DNA from: Desulfobulbus propionicus DSM 2032
Lineage (GTDB): Bacteria > Desulfobacterota > Desulfobulbia > Desulfobulbales > Desulfobulbaceae
Reading direction: 5' to 3'
Assembly (NCBI RefSeq): GCF_000186885.1
Contig: NC_014972.1
Span: 1,890,001 to 1,922,000, forward strand
Length of the DNA stretch: 32,000 nt
Position numbers and translations under genes: made by a program
Notes under the pieces: generated by a model
Database searches by the model: none
Seen by the model: only the letters and a program-made list of their open reading frames with translations
What the model was told of the DNA's origin: nothing
Shown: positions 18,361 through 26,344 of the stretch, one piece after another
Numbering within the stretch: the first letter of the stretch is position 1
Layout of the letters: every line of letters starts with the position of its first letter

Positions 18361-21297
18361 ATGAAAAAATCGCAGCAACCCACCATCACCGCAACCGATG
18401 ATTTTGAGGATTTGACGCTTTTTGCCAACGAATCCTTCGACACCCAAGACGTTGACCTCTTTGAGTTCACCAGTGAAGAGTCGTCACCTTTAACCCGATT
18501 GAAATCCATCATTCTTTCGCTCGACTGGGAAATCAATGACGAAATTTTGCAGGAATTGGCCGATGAATTGGATAACTTGCAGTCCATGTGGCAGGGAGAT
18601 AAAGTCGCGGAAGTTTATTTGCAGGGACTGAGCAAGATAGGAAGTTACATTCGTACCAAAGGAGCCTATGCGCATCCCAATTCCATCAAATTACTCCTCA
18701 CTTTTTTCTATAATTTCGAGAAAATTATCTCTTCCGAACAGATAACCGGCGAACAAATCACCCAGTTGCTCAAGGGCGATATTCGCAAATTTAAAATCCT
18801 TCAGTATCAAATCAATCAAAGTGAAGACTCTTCGATTCCGCCCGTCGAAAGCACCTTTGAACCGAGTCCGCCCACGCCGGACATAACTGCTCCTTCCACC
18901 GAACCGAGTTCGGCAAAACAGCTGAAAGCCGCCATATTGAGCCTCGATTGGGAGGTGACGAACGACAGCCTTGCCCAGTTTCACACAACACTCGCCAGTT
19001 GTCATCAACTGATGGCCGACAACAAGCCGGCGCTCGTCTTACTCCAAGGGTTACAGGCATTGGGCGATTATATCGCCGAAGAGCGCGCGGACGCACACCC
19101 CGAAGCCTTCACCCTGCTGCATTCGTTCAATGAAGGCCTGGAGCAGGTGACCAGAACAGACGGCCAGCGTCTTGATCAGGCCAGCATTCAAGATCTTCTT
19201 GTTGACCGGGTCAATCGCCTGAACACGTTGAAGATGCTGATCACCGCACCGGTCGCTCCCCCGGTCGACGAGCATTTCATCGATGAAGTTGTCGAGGAAA
19301 TCAGCACCGCCGCTCATCAAGACGAGACGGCTTCCGAGCGCCCATCGTTGACCGTGGAAGCGTCTCCCGTTGATGCTCTGTCGCAGGAGGCATTGACGAT
19401 CGACCGCGATCTCCAGCTGCCGGGAGACGCGTCTGCGACCGATGATCTTGAGGCGGAAATCGATACGCTGTTTGCCCTCAACGCCACTCCGGCAATGGAA
19501 ACGGCTGATCTGCAATATCCCGATGAAATCCTGCCGCCGGAGGCCATTCATCCTGTCGACGATGAGCTGGCAGACGATTTCATCGAGGCCCACCTCAGCG
19601 CCAATCGTGGTCTGATGCCGGCCTTGTCCGACATCGACGGGCAGTCCGAGTATCCCCAGGAGAGGAGCGTGGGCGATTTGCCAATGGAAAGCGATCTCGC
19701 CGAACAACTGGATGTTCTCTTTGCCGAAACCGACGGCCAGGAATACGCTGAACCGGCTTCAAGCTCCGTACCTTTGGAAGACGGGGTCGCGGCCAGCGAG
19801 TTCAACGAGAACGAACCAATTGCCGCCCTTGCCGATATCGACATCGACGAACAAGCCCCCTTTGGCACCGCATTGCCGACAGAGGACCTCTTTGTCCTGG
19901 AAGCCGAGGAGAGTGATCACGATCAGCAGAGTCTCGACATCGAGGGCACACTGGACAAGTTCTTTGCCGAAGGAGAGGAAGAGCCTCAACTGTCGATGAT
20001 AGCGGATACCGTTGACGAAGAGTTCGGCCAGCCCCTCGCTTTCGAGGAGGAAGGCGGCCTGCACGCCGCCTTGACCGACATCCCAGCAAGGCAGGGGGCG
20101 GAACAGGAGGAACCTGTCCTGTCCTTCGAATTCGCGCCAGCCGACGAAATATCGTTCGATGAGCACCAGCCGATCGTGGCCCTTGCCGATGCTGAACCGC
20201 CTCCCGATCAGTTTGCCTTGGAAGCCTCGGGAGGTGAAGACGATCAAAACTCGTTAGACCTGCAAAACAAGCTGGACAGTTTCTTTGCCGATGTGGCCGA
20301 AGAGCCCGCCGAGACGGTGGCGGAGGAACCAGATGGGGAAGCAATCGAACAACTGACCCTTGCCGATCAGGAAATCAGCCCGTCCGCCTTGGCCGACATT
20401 CCGGAAGAACTCGGCTTCGAGGAAGAAGAAACGCCTCTAGAGGTGGTGCCAATCGCTGAAATTGAAGAAAAACTCGATTTCTTCTTTGGCACGGAGGCAG
20501 AGGAACCGGACGTCGAGGGGGAAACGTCTCTTGATGCAGCCCTTGCATCGATGGCCGAAACTGCGCCGGCGATTACCCCGGCGTTGCAAGAGATCGTCTC
20601 CTCGGCAGTTCCCGAGGAGGAAGAAGACGCCCTGGCCGCGATCGCGAACGTTGATCTGCCGGAAACCGAACTCGAAGAGGCCCTTGATTTGTTCTTTGAT
20701 GCGGAGCAAGAGGAAACAAAGAAAGAGCTCGAACCACTGGCGGCCGACGAATTGACCGAGGCCCTTGAGGCGGCAACCCTTGGCGATGGGGTGATCGGCA
20801 CGCTGGACGACGACAAGCAGATGCATCTGGCCGCGCTGGGGGCCTTGTTGCCCCTGGTGGTCCGCACGCCCTCCCGTGAAAAAATGGCTGAAGCCGCTGA
20901 GATGATCGCCACCCTTCATCAAGCGGGGCTGTCCAGTGAACAGACTGCCCTGCTCCGCTTGCTGGAATCGGTGGTCTCCATGCTGATGCGTCTTCCCGCC
21001 CACGACAACGCGGCAACCGAAAAGCTGGTCAATTATCTTTATGAACAGCTGCTTCGCCCTTCGTGTCCTCCCGACGTTCTGCCGAACGCGATCAACCGCT
21101 TTACCGGCTGGTTGCAGCAGGCAAGCAGTCTCATGCCGCTTGTTCCAGCGGTCACTGCCAGCGACGAGGGAAGCAAGGAACAGGAACCGTCATTCACCTA
21201 CACCGCCAAGGATCTGTATTTCGAACTTGCGGCGTTACGAGGGCAAATCAAGGAAGAGTTTGCCAACGTGCGGCATGCCTTGAAGCATCACCATTGA
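18361..21297 (+). CDS. 978-aa acidic modular protein: duplicated N-terminal helical domain, long disordered repeat region, helical C-terminal domain
   Basis: Continuous ORF 36 nt after the GTPase. Two copies of a domain around LK.(I/A)ILSLDWE(I/V), six [LI]xxx[LI]Dx[LF]F motifs in an Asp/Glu-rich linker, and C-terminal MHLAALGALLPLVVRTPSREKMAEAAEMIATLHQAG. No family I can name. Confidence 0.9.
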   Translation: MKKSQQPTITATDDFEDLTLFANESFDTQDVDLFEFTSEESSPLTRLKSIILSLDWEINDEILQELADELDNLQSMWQGDKVAEVYLQGLSKIGSYIRTKGAYAHPNSIKLLLTFFYNFEKIISSEQITGEQITQLLKGDIRKFKILQYQINQSEDSSIPPVESTFEPSPPTPDITAPSTEPSSAKQLKAAILSLDWEVTNDSLAQFHTTLASCHQLMADNKPALVLLQGLQALGDYIAEERADAHPEAFTLLHSFNEGLEQVTRTDGQRLDQASIQDLLVDRVNRLNTLKMLITAPVAPPVDEHFIDEVVEEISTAAHQDETASERPSLTVEASPVDALSQEALTIDRDLQLPGDASATDDLEAEIDTLFALNATPAMETADLQYPDEILPPEAIHPVDDELADDFIEAHLSANRGLMPALSDIDGQSEYPQERSVGDLPMESDLAEQLDVLFAETDGQEYAEPASSSVPLEDGVAASEFNENEPIAALADIDIDEQAPFGTALPTEDLFVLEAEESDHDQQSLDIEGTLDKFFAEGEEEPQLSMIADTVDEEFGQPLAFEEEGGLHAALTDIPARQGAEQEEPVLSFEFAPADEISFDEHQPIVALADAEPPPDQFALEASGGEDDQNSLDLQNKLDSFFADVAEEPAETVAEEPDGEAIEQLTLADQEISPSALADIPEELGFEEEETPLEVVPIAEIEEKLDFFFGTEAEEPDVEGETSLDAALASMAETAPAITPALQEIVSSAVPEEEEDALAAIANVDLPETELEEALDLFFDAEQEETKKELEPLAADELTEALEAATLGDGVIGTLDDDKQMHLAALGALLPLVVRTPSREKMAEAAEMIATLHQAGLSSEQTALLRLLESVVSMLMRLPAHDNAATEKLVNYLYEQLLRPSCPPDVLPNAINRFTGWLQQASSLMPLVPAVTASDEGSKEQEPSFTYTAKDLYFELAALRGQIKEEFANVRHALKHHH
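18490..18729 (+). repeat. Internal protein domain repeat, copy A
   Basis: LTRLKSIILSLDWEINDEILQELADELDNLQSMWQGDKVAEVYLQGLSKIGSYIRTKGAYAHPNSIKLLLTFFYNFEKII. Confidence 0.85.
18913..19149 (+). repeat. Internal protein domain repeat, copy B
   Basis: AKQLKAAILSLDWEVTNDSLAQFHTTLASCHQLMADNKPALVLLQGLQALGDYIAEERADAHPEAFTLLHSFNEGLEQV aligns with copy A nearly without gaps (shared ILSLDWE, LQGL, G.YI, AHP, LL..F..). Confidence 0.85.
19447..20703 (+). repeat. Six-copy short linear motif array [LI]xxx[LI]Dx[LF]F[AGD]x
   Basis: LEAEIDTLFAL (19447), LAEQLDVLFAE (19696), IEGTLDKFFAE (19939), LQNKLDSFFAD (20260), IEEKLDFFFGT (20461), LEEALDLFFDA (20671). Confidence 0.85.
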
Positions 21298-21318
21298 CGA
21301 CGTTCAAGCCGTTGCCTG

Positions 21319-21354
21319 AAAAAGGGAGCCGGAATCATCTCCGGTTCCCTTTTT
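21319..21354. terminator. Bidirectional rho-independent terminator between convergent genes
   Basis: AAAAAGGGAGCCGGA-ATCATC-TCCGGTTCCCTTTTT, 15-bp arms with one G:U, A tract and T tract on the two sides. Sits between the 978-aa gene and the yejE stop. Confidence 0.9.
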
Positions 21355-22388
21355 TATTTTCGGGGATCAAAGGTTTCCCGCAGGGCCTCGCCGATAAAGA
21401 TCAGCAGCACCAAGGTGCCGACCAGCACCACAAAGGTCGAAAGCGACAACCACCACGCATCGATATTGGCCTTGCCCTGGGCAAGCAATTCGCCGAGACT
21501 GGGCGTTGACGGCGGCACGCCAAGACCGAGAAAATCGAGGCTGGTCAGGGCGAGGATGGCACCGGACATGCGAAAGGGCAGGAAGGTGATCACCGGGGTC
21601 ATGCTGTTGGGCAGAAGATGACGGTTCATGATGGTGAAATTACCCACGCCCAAGGCCTTGGCCGCCTTGACATATTCCATGGACCGCCCCTTGAGGAACT
21701 CGGCGCGGACATAGTCCGACAACCCCATCCAGCCGAACATCGAGAGCAAGATCAGCAGCAGGAGCAGCGACGGCTTGAAGATCGAGGCAAAGATGATCAG
21801 CAGATAGAGTTCGGGCATGGAACCCCACAGCTCGATGAAGCGCTGGAAGAAGAGGTCGATCCGACCTCCGAAATATCCCTGCAGGGCACCAGCGGCGATG
21901 CCGAGCAGGGTGCCGACCGCGGTGAGCGCCGCACCAAACAGGATGCTTAGGCGAAATCCGTAGATCAACCGGGCGAGAACATCCCGGCCGCGATCGTCGG
22001 TGCCAAGAAAATTGTCCCGGCTTGGCGGTGCCGGAACCGGTCGATCCAGATCACGATTGATCGAATTGAAACTGTGCGGGTTGGGAGGAAAGACGACGAT
22101 GCTGCCCGCCGTGTGCAGCTGTTCGCGGATATAGGGGTCGCGGTAATCGGTTTCGGTTTCGAAGTCGCCGCCAAAGACTGTTTCCGGATATTGCTGCCAC
22201 AAAGGGAAATAGTGCTGTCCCTGATACTGGACATAGAGGGGCTTGTCATTGCTGAGTACCTCGGCAAACAGGCTGAGGCCGAATAAAAGGGTGAACAGCA
22301 CCAGCGAATAAAAGCCGCGCCGATTGGCTCTGAACCGTCGCCAACGCCTGTGGACCAGACTGTTCGTCTTGTATTGGTGGGTGCGCAT
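21354..22388 (-). CDS. yejE: Peptide/microcin C-type ABC transporter permease (YejE-like)
   Basis: RRRWRRFRANRRGFYSLVLFTLLFGLSLFAEVLSNDKP..., DDRGRDVLARLIYGFRLSILFGAAL, GYFGGRIDLFFQRFIELWGSMPELYLLII. Confidence 0.9.
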   Translation of the reverse strand: MRTHQYKTNSLVHRRWRRFRANRRGFYSLVLFTLLFGLSLFAEVLSNDKPLYVQYQGQHYFPLWQQYPETVFGGDFETETDYRDPYIREQLHTAGSIVVFPPNPHSFNSINRDLDRPVPAPPSRDNFLGTDDRGRDVLARLIYGFRLSILFGAALTAVGTLLGIAAGALQGYFGGRIDLFFQRFIELWGSMPELYLLIIFASIFKPSLLLLLILLSMFGWMGLSDYVRAEFLKGRSMEYVKAAKALGVGNFTIMNRHLLPNSMTPVITFLPFRMSGAILALTSLDFLGLGVPPSTPSLGELLAQGKANIDAWWLSLSTFVVLVGTLVLLIFIGEALRETFDPRK

Positions 22389-22390
22389 GC

Positions 22391-23437
22391 CTACTGCCTG
22401 CCCTCAAAGCTGATACGCGGATCGACCAGCACATAGGAAAGATCGGACAGCAGGCGGGACACCAGGCCGATGATGGTGAAAAAATAGAGGGTGCCGAGCA
22501 CCACCGGATAATCGCGGTTCATGACCGATTCGTAGGCCAACAGTCCCATGCCGTCCAGGGAAAAGATGGTTTCGATCAGCAGGCTGCCGGTGAAAAAGGC
22601 GGTGATGAAGCTGCCGGGAAAACCGGTGATGATGGGGATGATGGCGTTGCGGAACACATGCTTGTACAGCACCTGCCGCTCTTCCAGTCCCTTGGCCCTG
22701 GCCGTGATCACGTATTGCTTGCGGATCTCCTCGAGAAAGGAATTCTTGGTCAGCAGGGTCATCACCGCCAGGCTGCCGACGGTTGAGGCGATGATCGGCA
22801 GAACCATGTGCCAGAGATAGTCGAGCACCTTGCCGGCCAGGCTGAGTTCCCGCCAGTGGTCGGAAACCAGGCCGCGCAGGGGGAAGATGTTCCAGAAGCT
22901 GCCGCCGCCGAAGAGCACGATCAGCACGATGCCCAGCACAAAGCCGGGAATGGCGTAGCCGATCAGGATGGCGGAACTGGTCACAATGTCGAACGTGGAG
23001 CCGTCGCGCACCGCCTTGGCGATACCCAGCGGAATGCACACCGAATAGACAATGAAAAAGCTCCACAGCCCCAGCGACATGGACACAGGCAGCTTAGAGA
23101 TCACCAGCTGGGCCACACTCATGTGGTGATAGTAGGAGTGACCGAAATCAAAGACCAGGTAGCGCCCCATCATATCAACAAACCGCTGCATGGGCGGCTT
23201 GTCGAATCCATAGAGCTTTTTCAGCTGCTCGATCCGTTCCTGATCCAGCCCCTTGTTGCCCTGATAGAGACCGGCGGCGGCCGCCGCTTCATGGCCCGTG
23301 CCGACACCGCTCAACTGGGCCATCATCCGCTCAACCGGTCCGCCGGGCACGAATTGGGTGACGATAAAGGTGATGAGCATCACGCCAACCAGCGTTGGCA
23401 CCATCAGCAGCAGTCTTTTGAGGATATAGACGGTCAT
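22391..23437 (-). CDS. yejB: Peptide/microcin C-type ABC transporter permease (YejB-like)
   Basis: YILKRLLLMVPTLVGVMLITFIVTQFVPGGPVE, ...RKQYVITARAKGLEERQVLYKHVFRNAIIPIITGFPG, LIETIFSLDGMGLL. Confidence 0.9.
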   Translation of the reverse strand: MTVYILKRLLLMVPTLVGVMLITFIVTQFVPGGPVERMMAQLSGVGTGHEAAAAAGLYQGNKGLDQERIEQLKKLYGFDKPPMQRFVDMMGRYLVFDFGHSYYHHMSVAQLVISKLPVSMSLGLWSFFIVYSVCIPLGIAKAVRDGSTFDIVTSSAILIGYAIPGFVLGIVLIVLFGGGSFWNIFPLRGLVSDHWRELSLAGKVLDYLWHMVLPIIASTVGSLAVMTLLTKNSFLEEIRKQYVITARAKGLEERQVLYKHVFRNAIIPIITGFPGSFITAFFTGSLLIETIFSLDGMGLLAYESVMNRDYPVVLGTLYFFTIIGLVSRLLSDLSYVLVDPRISFEGRQ

Positions 23438-23499
23438 TGATCAGGATTGTTGTTCAGGGCGGTGAGCCAGGCAAAAAGGGGCATGGTAACACGTGCGGA

Positions 23500-23952
23500 T
23501 CAGGAAATTCTAATGCCGCCGATGAAATCGTGGTCGTCCTTTTCCATCACGCCCCTTCGCTGCCGTTCCGGCCCGCCACGGAGAGACTGCCGCTCTTCAA
23601 CCTGTACCTGGTCGGCGACCGCCGGTGTGCGCACGGGCATGGCCGGTCGGGGTTCCCTGCTGATCGGCGGGGCGATGGGCGGCAGCACCGGTTCGCTCGG
23701 ACGTGGTGGTTCCACCGCTGCCCGTTCCTTGGGCTCCCGTTCCCTGATCTTGCTGGTGACAGCCTCTTCCTGGGCCGGTCGTTTCAGAAAAGCCAGCAAG
23801 CCGTCCTGGAGCAGCGACACGTTCACCAGTTCCCAGGATTGACGCCCCATCTGGTTGAGGGTCTTTTCCATTTCCTCGTCGTCGACATATCGGTCACCCA
23901 ACAATCCATCCTTGGTGAACTCAAACAGTATGGTCCGGTATTGCCACAACAT
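23500..23952 (-). CDS. DUF4177-like N-terminus with proline/charged C-terminal extension
   Basis: MLWQYRTILFEFTKDGLLGDRYVDDEEMEKTLNQMGRQSWELVNVSLLQDGLLAFLKRP resembles DUF4177; the tail ends DDHDFIGGIRIS. Start moved to MLWQY within the longer ORF. Confidence 0.6.
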   Translation of the reverse strand: MLWQYRTILFEFTKDGLLGDRYVDDEEMEKTLNQMGRQSWELVNVSLLQDGLLAFLKRPAQEEAVTSKIREREPKERAAVEPPRPSEPVLPPIAPPISREPRPAMPVRTPAVADQVQVEERQSLRGGPERQRRGVMEKDDHDFIGGIRIS

Positions 23953-24099
23953 CTTTTCCTCTCCTTGCCTTATCGTGTTCTCTGGAGCTTCAACGCGTCG
24001 CATCCGACCTTGGATGCGTGCTGTTCTTCGCATCCTTGGAAAGCCGCGTCCCGAAGACGCATCGTCCGGGTGGATAATCAGCGAATGTTAAGCCGTTTT

Positions 24100-25359
24100 T
24101 TATGCGTGTTTGTTCGAGAAAATACTCCGGACCTCGTCGGCGATGATCCCGATGCCCCGCAGTACGTCCTTATCGTCTTGCGCGTAGGTTATCCGCAAAC
24201 ACTCGCGGGCATGTTGCCACCCAGGCGTCAGACCAGGGAAAAAATAATCACCGGCCACCACCACGACCCCGCGCGCCTTCAAGCGTTCGTACAGTTGCCG
24301 GCAGGACACGGGCAGGTCGGGAAACCACAACCAAAGGAACATGGCGCCTTCGGGCACATGGACCTTGTAGGGAAAGCCGCTAAAGGTTTCTTCGATGCGG
24401 GCCAGGGCCCGTTCCATTTTGTCCTGATAAAACGGCCGGATCACCTCACGGCTCAGGCGCATGATTTCGCCGGATTCGACCAGTTCGGTGGTCAACATGG
24501 CTCCGAGACTGCCAGTGGCCAGGTTGACCACGGCATTCATCCCGGAAAGCAACCGGATCAACTCCTGGTCGGCAATGACAATCCCGGTGCGCGCGGCCGG
24601 CAGACCGAACTTGGACAGCGACATGCACAGGACCAGATGCTTGCCCCACACCGGCGCGGCCTCGGTGTAGATCATTCCTGGAAACGGCAGACCATAGGCG
24701 TTGTCGATGATCAGGGGGAGGTCGTGGGCCTGGGCGAGGCGCGATAAACCGGCGATCTCTTCGGCGGTGAGCACGTTGCCGGTGGGATTGGTCGGCCGGG
24801 AGACGCAGATGGCGGCAATTTCCTCGGTGAGGTCGATCCGGTCGAAATTGACCCGGTATTTGAAGAAATGATCGCCAATCAGCTCGATCCTGGGCCGGAC
24901 CGAGGTGAAAAAATCTTCGCTCAGGCCGAGATCGGCATAGCCGATGTATTCGGGGGCCAGGGGGAGCAGGATTTTTCGGTTGCCGCCTTGCGTGGTCTTG
25001 CCGGCCAGGAGATTGAACAGGAGGAAAAAGGCGCCCTGGCTGCCGTTGGTCAGACAGATGTTGTCCTCGTCGATTTTCCACCCATATTCGCGCCGCAGCA
25101 ACGCCGCCAAAGCCCGACGAAACGAACCATCCCCCCTCGGCGGATCGTAGACGCCGATCAGCTTGCGCAATGCCTGGTCATCCTCGACCAGCATCCGCAA
25201 TCGTTCGCGCATCAATTCCTGTATTTGCGGGATGTGCCCTGGATTGCCCCCGCCCATCATGATCTTGCCGCCTTCGGCCAGGGCATTGCCCAAATCATCC
25301 ATCAGCGACAGGATTCCGGCTCCCTTGGTCAGTTTTTCGCCGAATGCCGATACTTTCAT
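24100..25359 (-). CDS. avtA: Fold-type I aminotransferase, valine--pyruvate transaminase-like
   Basis: AFGEKLTKGAGILSLMDDLGNAL, MMGGGNPGHIP, NGSQGAFFLLFNLLAG, CVSRPTNPTGNVLTAEE, PLIIDNAYGLPFPG, CMSLSKFGLPAARTGIVIA (PLP Lys). Confidence 0.85.
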   Translation of the reverse strand: MKVSAFGEKLTKGAGILSLMDDLGNALAEGGKIMMGGGNPGHIPQIQELMRERLRMLVEDDQALRKLIGVYDPPRGDGSFRRALAALLRREYGWKIDEDNICLTNGSQGAFFLLFNLLAGKTTQGGNRKILLPLAPEYIGYADLGLSEDFFTSVRPRIELIGDHFFKYRVNFDRIDLTEEIAAICVSRPTNPTGNVLTAEEIAGLSRLAQAHDLPLIIDNAYGLPFPGMIYTEAAPVWGKHLVLCMSLSKFGLPAARTGIVIADQELIRLLSGMNAVVNLATGSLGAMLTTELVESGEIMRLSREVIRPFYQDKMERALARIEETFSGFPYKVHVPEGAMFLWLWFPDLPVSCRQLYERLKARGVVVVAGDYFFPGLTPGWQHARECLRITYAQDDKDVLRGIGIIADEVRSIFSNKHA

Positions 25360-25454
25360 GGGGTGGACTCCGAACCGATGAAAAAACGTTGTGCCAAACC
25401 GTGGGCGAAAACGCCTTCAGACATTCCGCCAAAGACCGGGGAAGAGCACATGAA

Positions 25455-25511
25455 CCCGTGAAGCGGAAAAAGGTACCGCTCGAAAAACAACAATTTTACC
25501 AGCTTCACGGG
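25455..25511 (-). promoter_or_regulatory. Inverted repeat upstream of the aminotransferase; candidate leader structure
   Basis: CCCGTGAAGC (25455-25464) and GCTTCACGGG (25502-25511), perfect 10-bp arms around a 37-nt loop, about 96-152 nt upstream of the start on its strand. Confidence 0.4.
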
Positions 25512-25588
25512 AAAAATCCAACCGGATGTAGCGTGCTGCGGGGCAAATGCATGGAACGATGCGGCACACTGGCGGAACGTGGCGCACC

Positions 25589-25777
25589 TTAGGGAGAAGG
25601 GCGGGGCCGATAGAACTGGCACGGCAGGCCAGAGGTGGCCAGTACCACCTGGGTTGGCATCTCCTTGCTTTTAAATCCGTAGGCCCGGCACCCTCGGGGT
25701 TGGCGGGGATCATAGGTGACAAAAAAATTTCGGCATTTTAGGCAGTTGGGCGCTTGGTTCGGTTTGTGCTTGTCCAT
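25589..25777 (-). CDS. Small conserved-looking Cys-containing protein (62 aa)
   Basis: MDKHKPNQAPNCLKCRNFFVTYDPRQPRGCRAYGFKSKEMPTQVVLATSGLPCQFYRPRPSP. The C-x2-C...C...C arrangement suggests a metal-binding fold. Confidence 0.65.
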   Translation of the reverse strand: MDKHKPNQAPNCLKCRNFFVTYDPRQPRGCRAYGFKSKEMPTQVVLATSGLPCQFYRPRPSP

Positions 25778-25819
25778 GGTCAACCGTTGGAGAGGCGTTG
25801 GTCCGACACTCAACCCTGC

Positions 25820-26344
25820 TCAGCCATGGTTTTTCGGATAATCAAAAAACAGGAGAGTGCCTGCGCCCGCCGTCAATTCCCGCCAGGAAGCGAGGGCGAA
25901 CTCCAGGGCCACGATACCGCTGGTGGGGATGTTGTCGATCGCCAACCCCCCAAGCATATTAGCCAACGCCGTGCTCTCCGGGTTATGACCGACCAGCAGC
26001 AAGGTGTGGACCGCAGTGGCCGCCGTGTGCACCAGGCCGAGCAGTTGCGGCACCGTGGCCGTGTATTGGATCGGGTTGTATTGCAGGCGGGCAAGGGGAT
26101 AGCCCAATTGGGTCGCATAGTGGACTGCGGTGGCCTTGGCCCGCGCTGCCGGGCTGGCCATGATCAGATCCGGCCGAATACCGCGTCGCAGCAGCCGTCT
26201 GCCCATTTCCGGCGCGTCTCGCTGGCCGCGCTTGTTGAGCGGGCGGTCGAAATCACCCAGCGTCGCATCATGCCAGCTTGATTTGGCATGGCGGCAAATC
26301 AGCAGCAGTCGCTGTTCAACGGGGGAGGTGTTCACGGATCTCAT
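25820..26344 (-). CDS. SixA-like histidine phosphatase (phosphohistidine phosphatase)
   Basis: LLLICRHAKSSWHDATLGDFDRPLNKRGQRDAPEMGRRL (RHG-type RHAKS), SPAARAKATA, LLLVGHNPE. Matches SixA. Confidence 0.88.
   Translation of the reverse strand: MRSVNTSPVEQRLLLICRHAKSSWHDATLGDFDRPLNKRGQRDAPEMGRRLLRRGIRPDLIMASPAARAKATAVHYATQLGYPLARLQYNPIQYTATVPQLLGLVHTAATAVHTLLLVGHNPESTALANMLGGLAIDNIPTSGIVALEFALASWRELTAGAGTLLFFDYPKNHG

Noticed and set aside
18361-21297. Reading the acidic repeat protein as an S-layer or adhesin repeat protein
   Set aside because: No signal peptide or anchoring signal at the N-terminus (MKKSQQPTITATDDFEDL...), so it is predicted cytoplasmic and fits a scaffold better.
23437-24747. 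436-aa plus-strand ORF
   Set aside because: Antisense of the DUF4177-like and AvtA-like genes; no recognisable domain.
25489-25503. 15-mer AAAAACAACAATTTT also present near 17110-17124
   Set aside because: Low-complexity AT-rich string occurring twice in AT-rich intergenic DNA. Two copies without shared context do not support a regulatory family.
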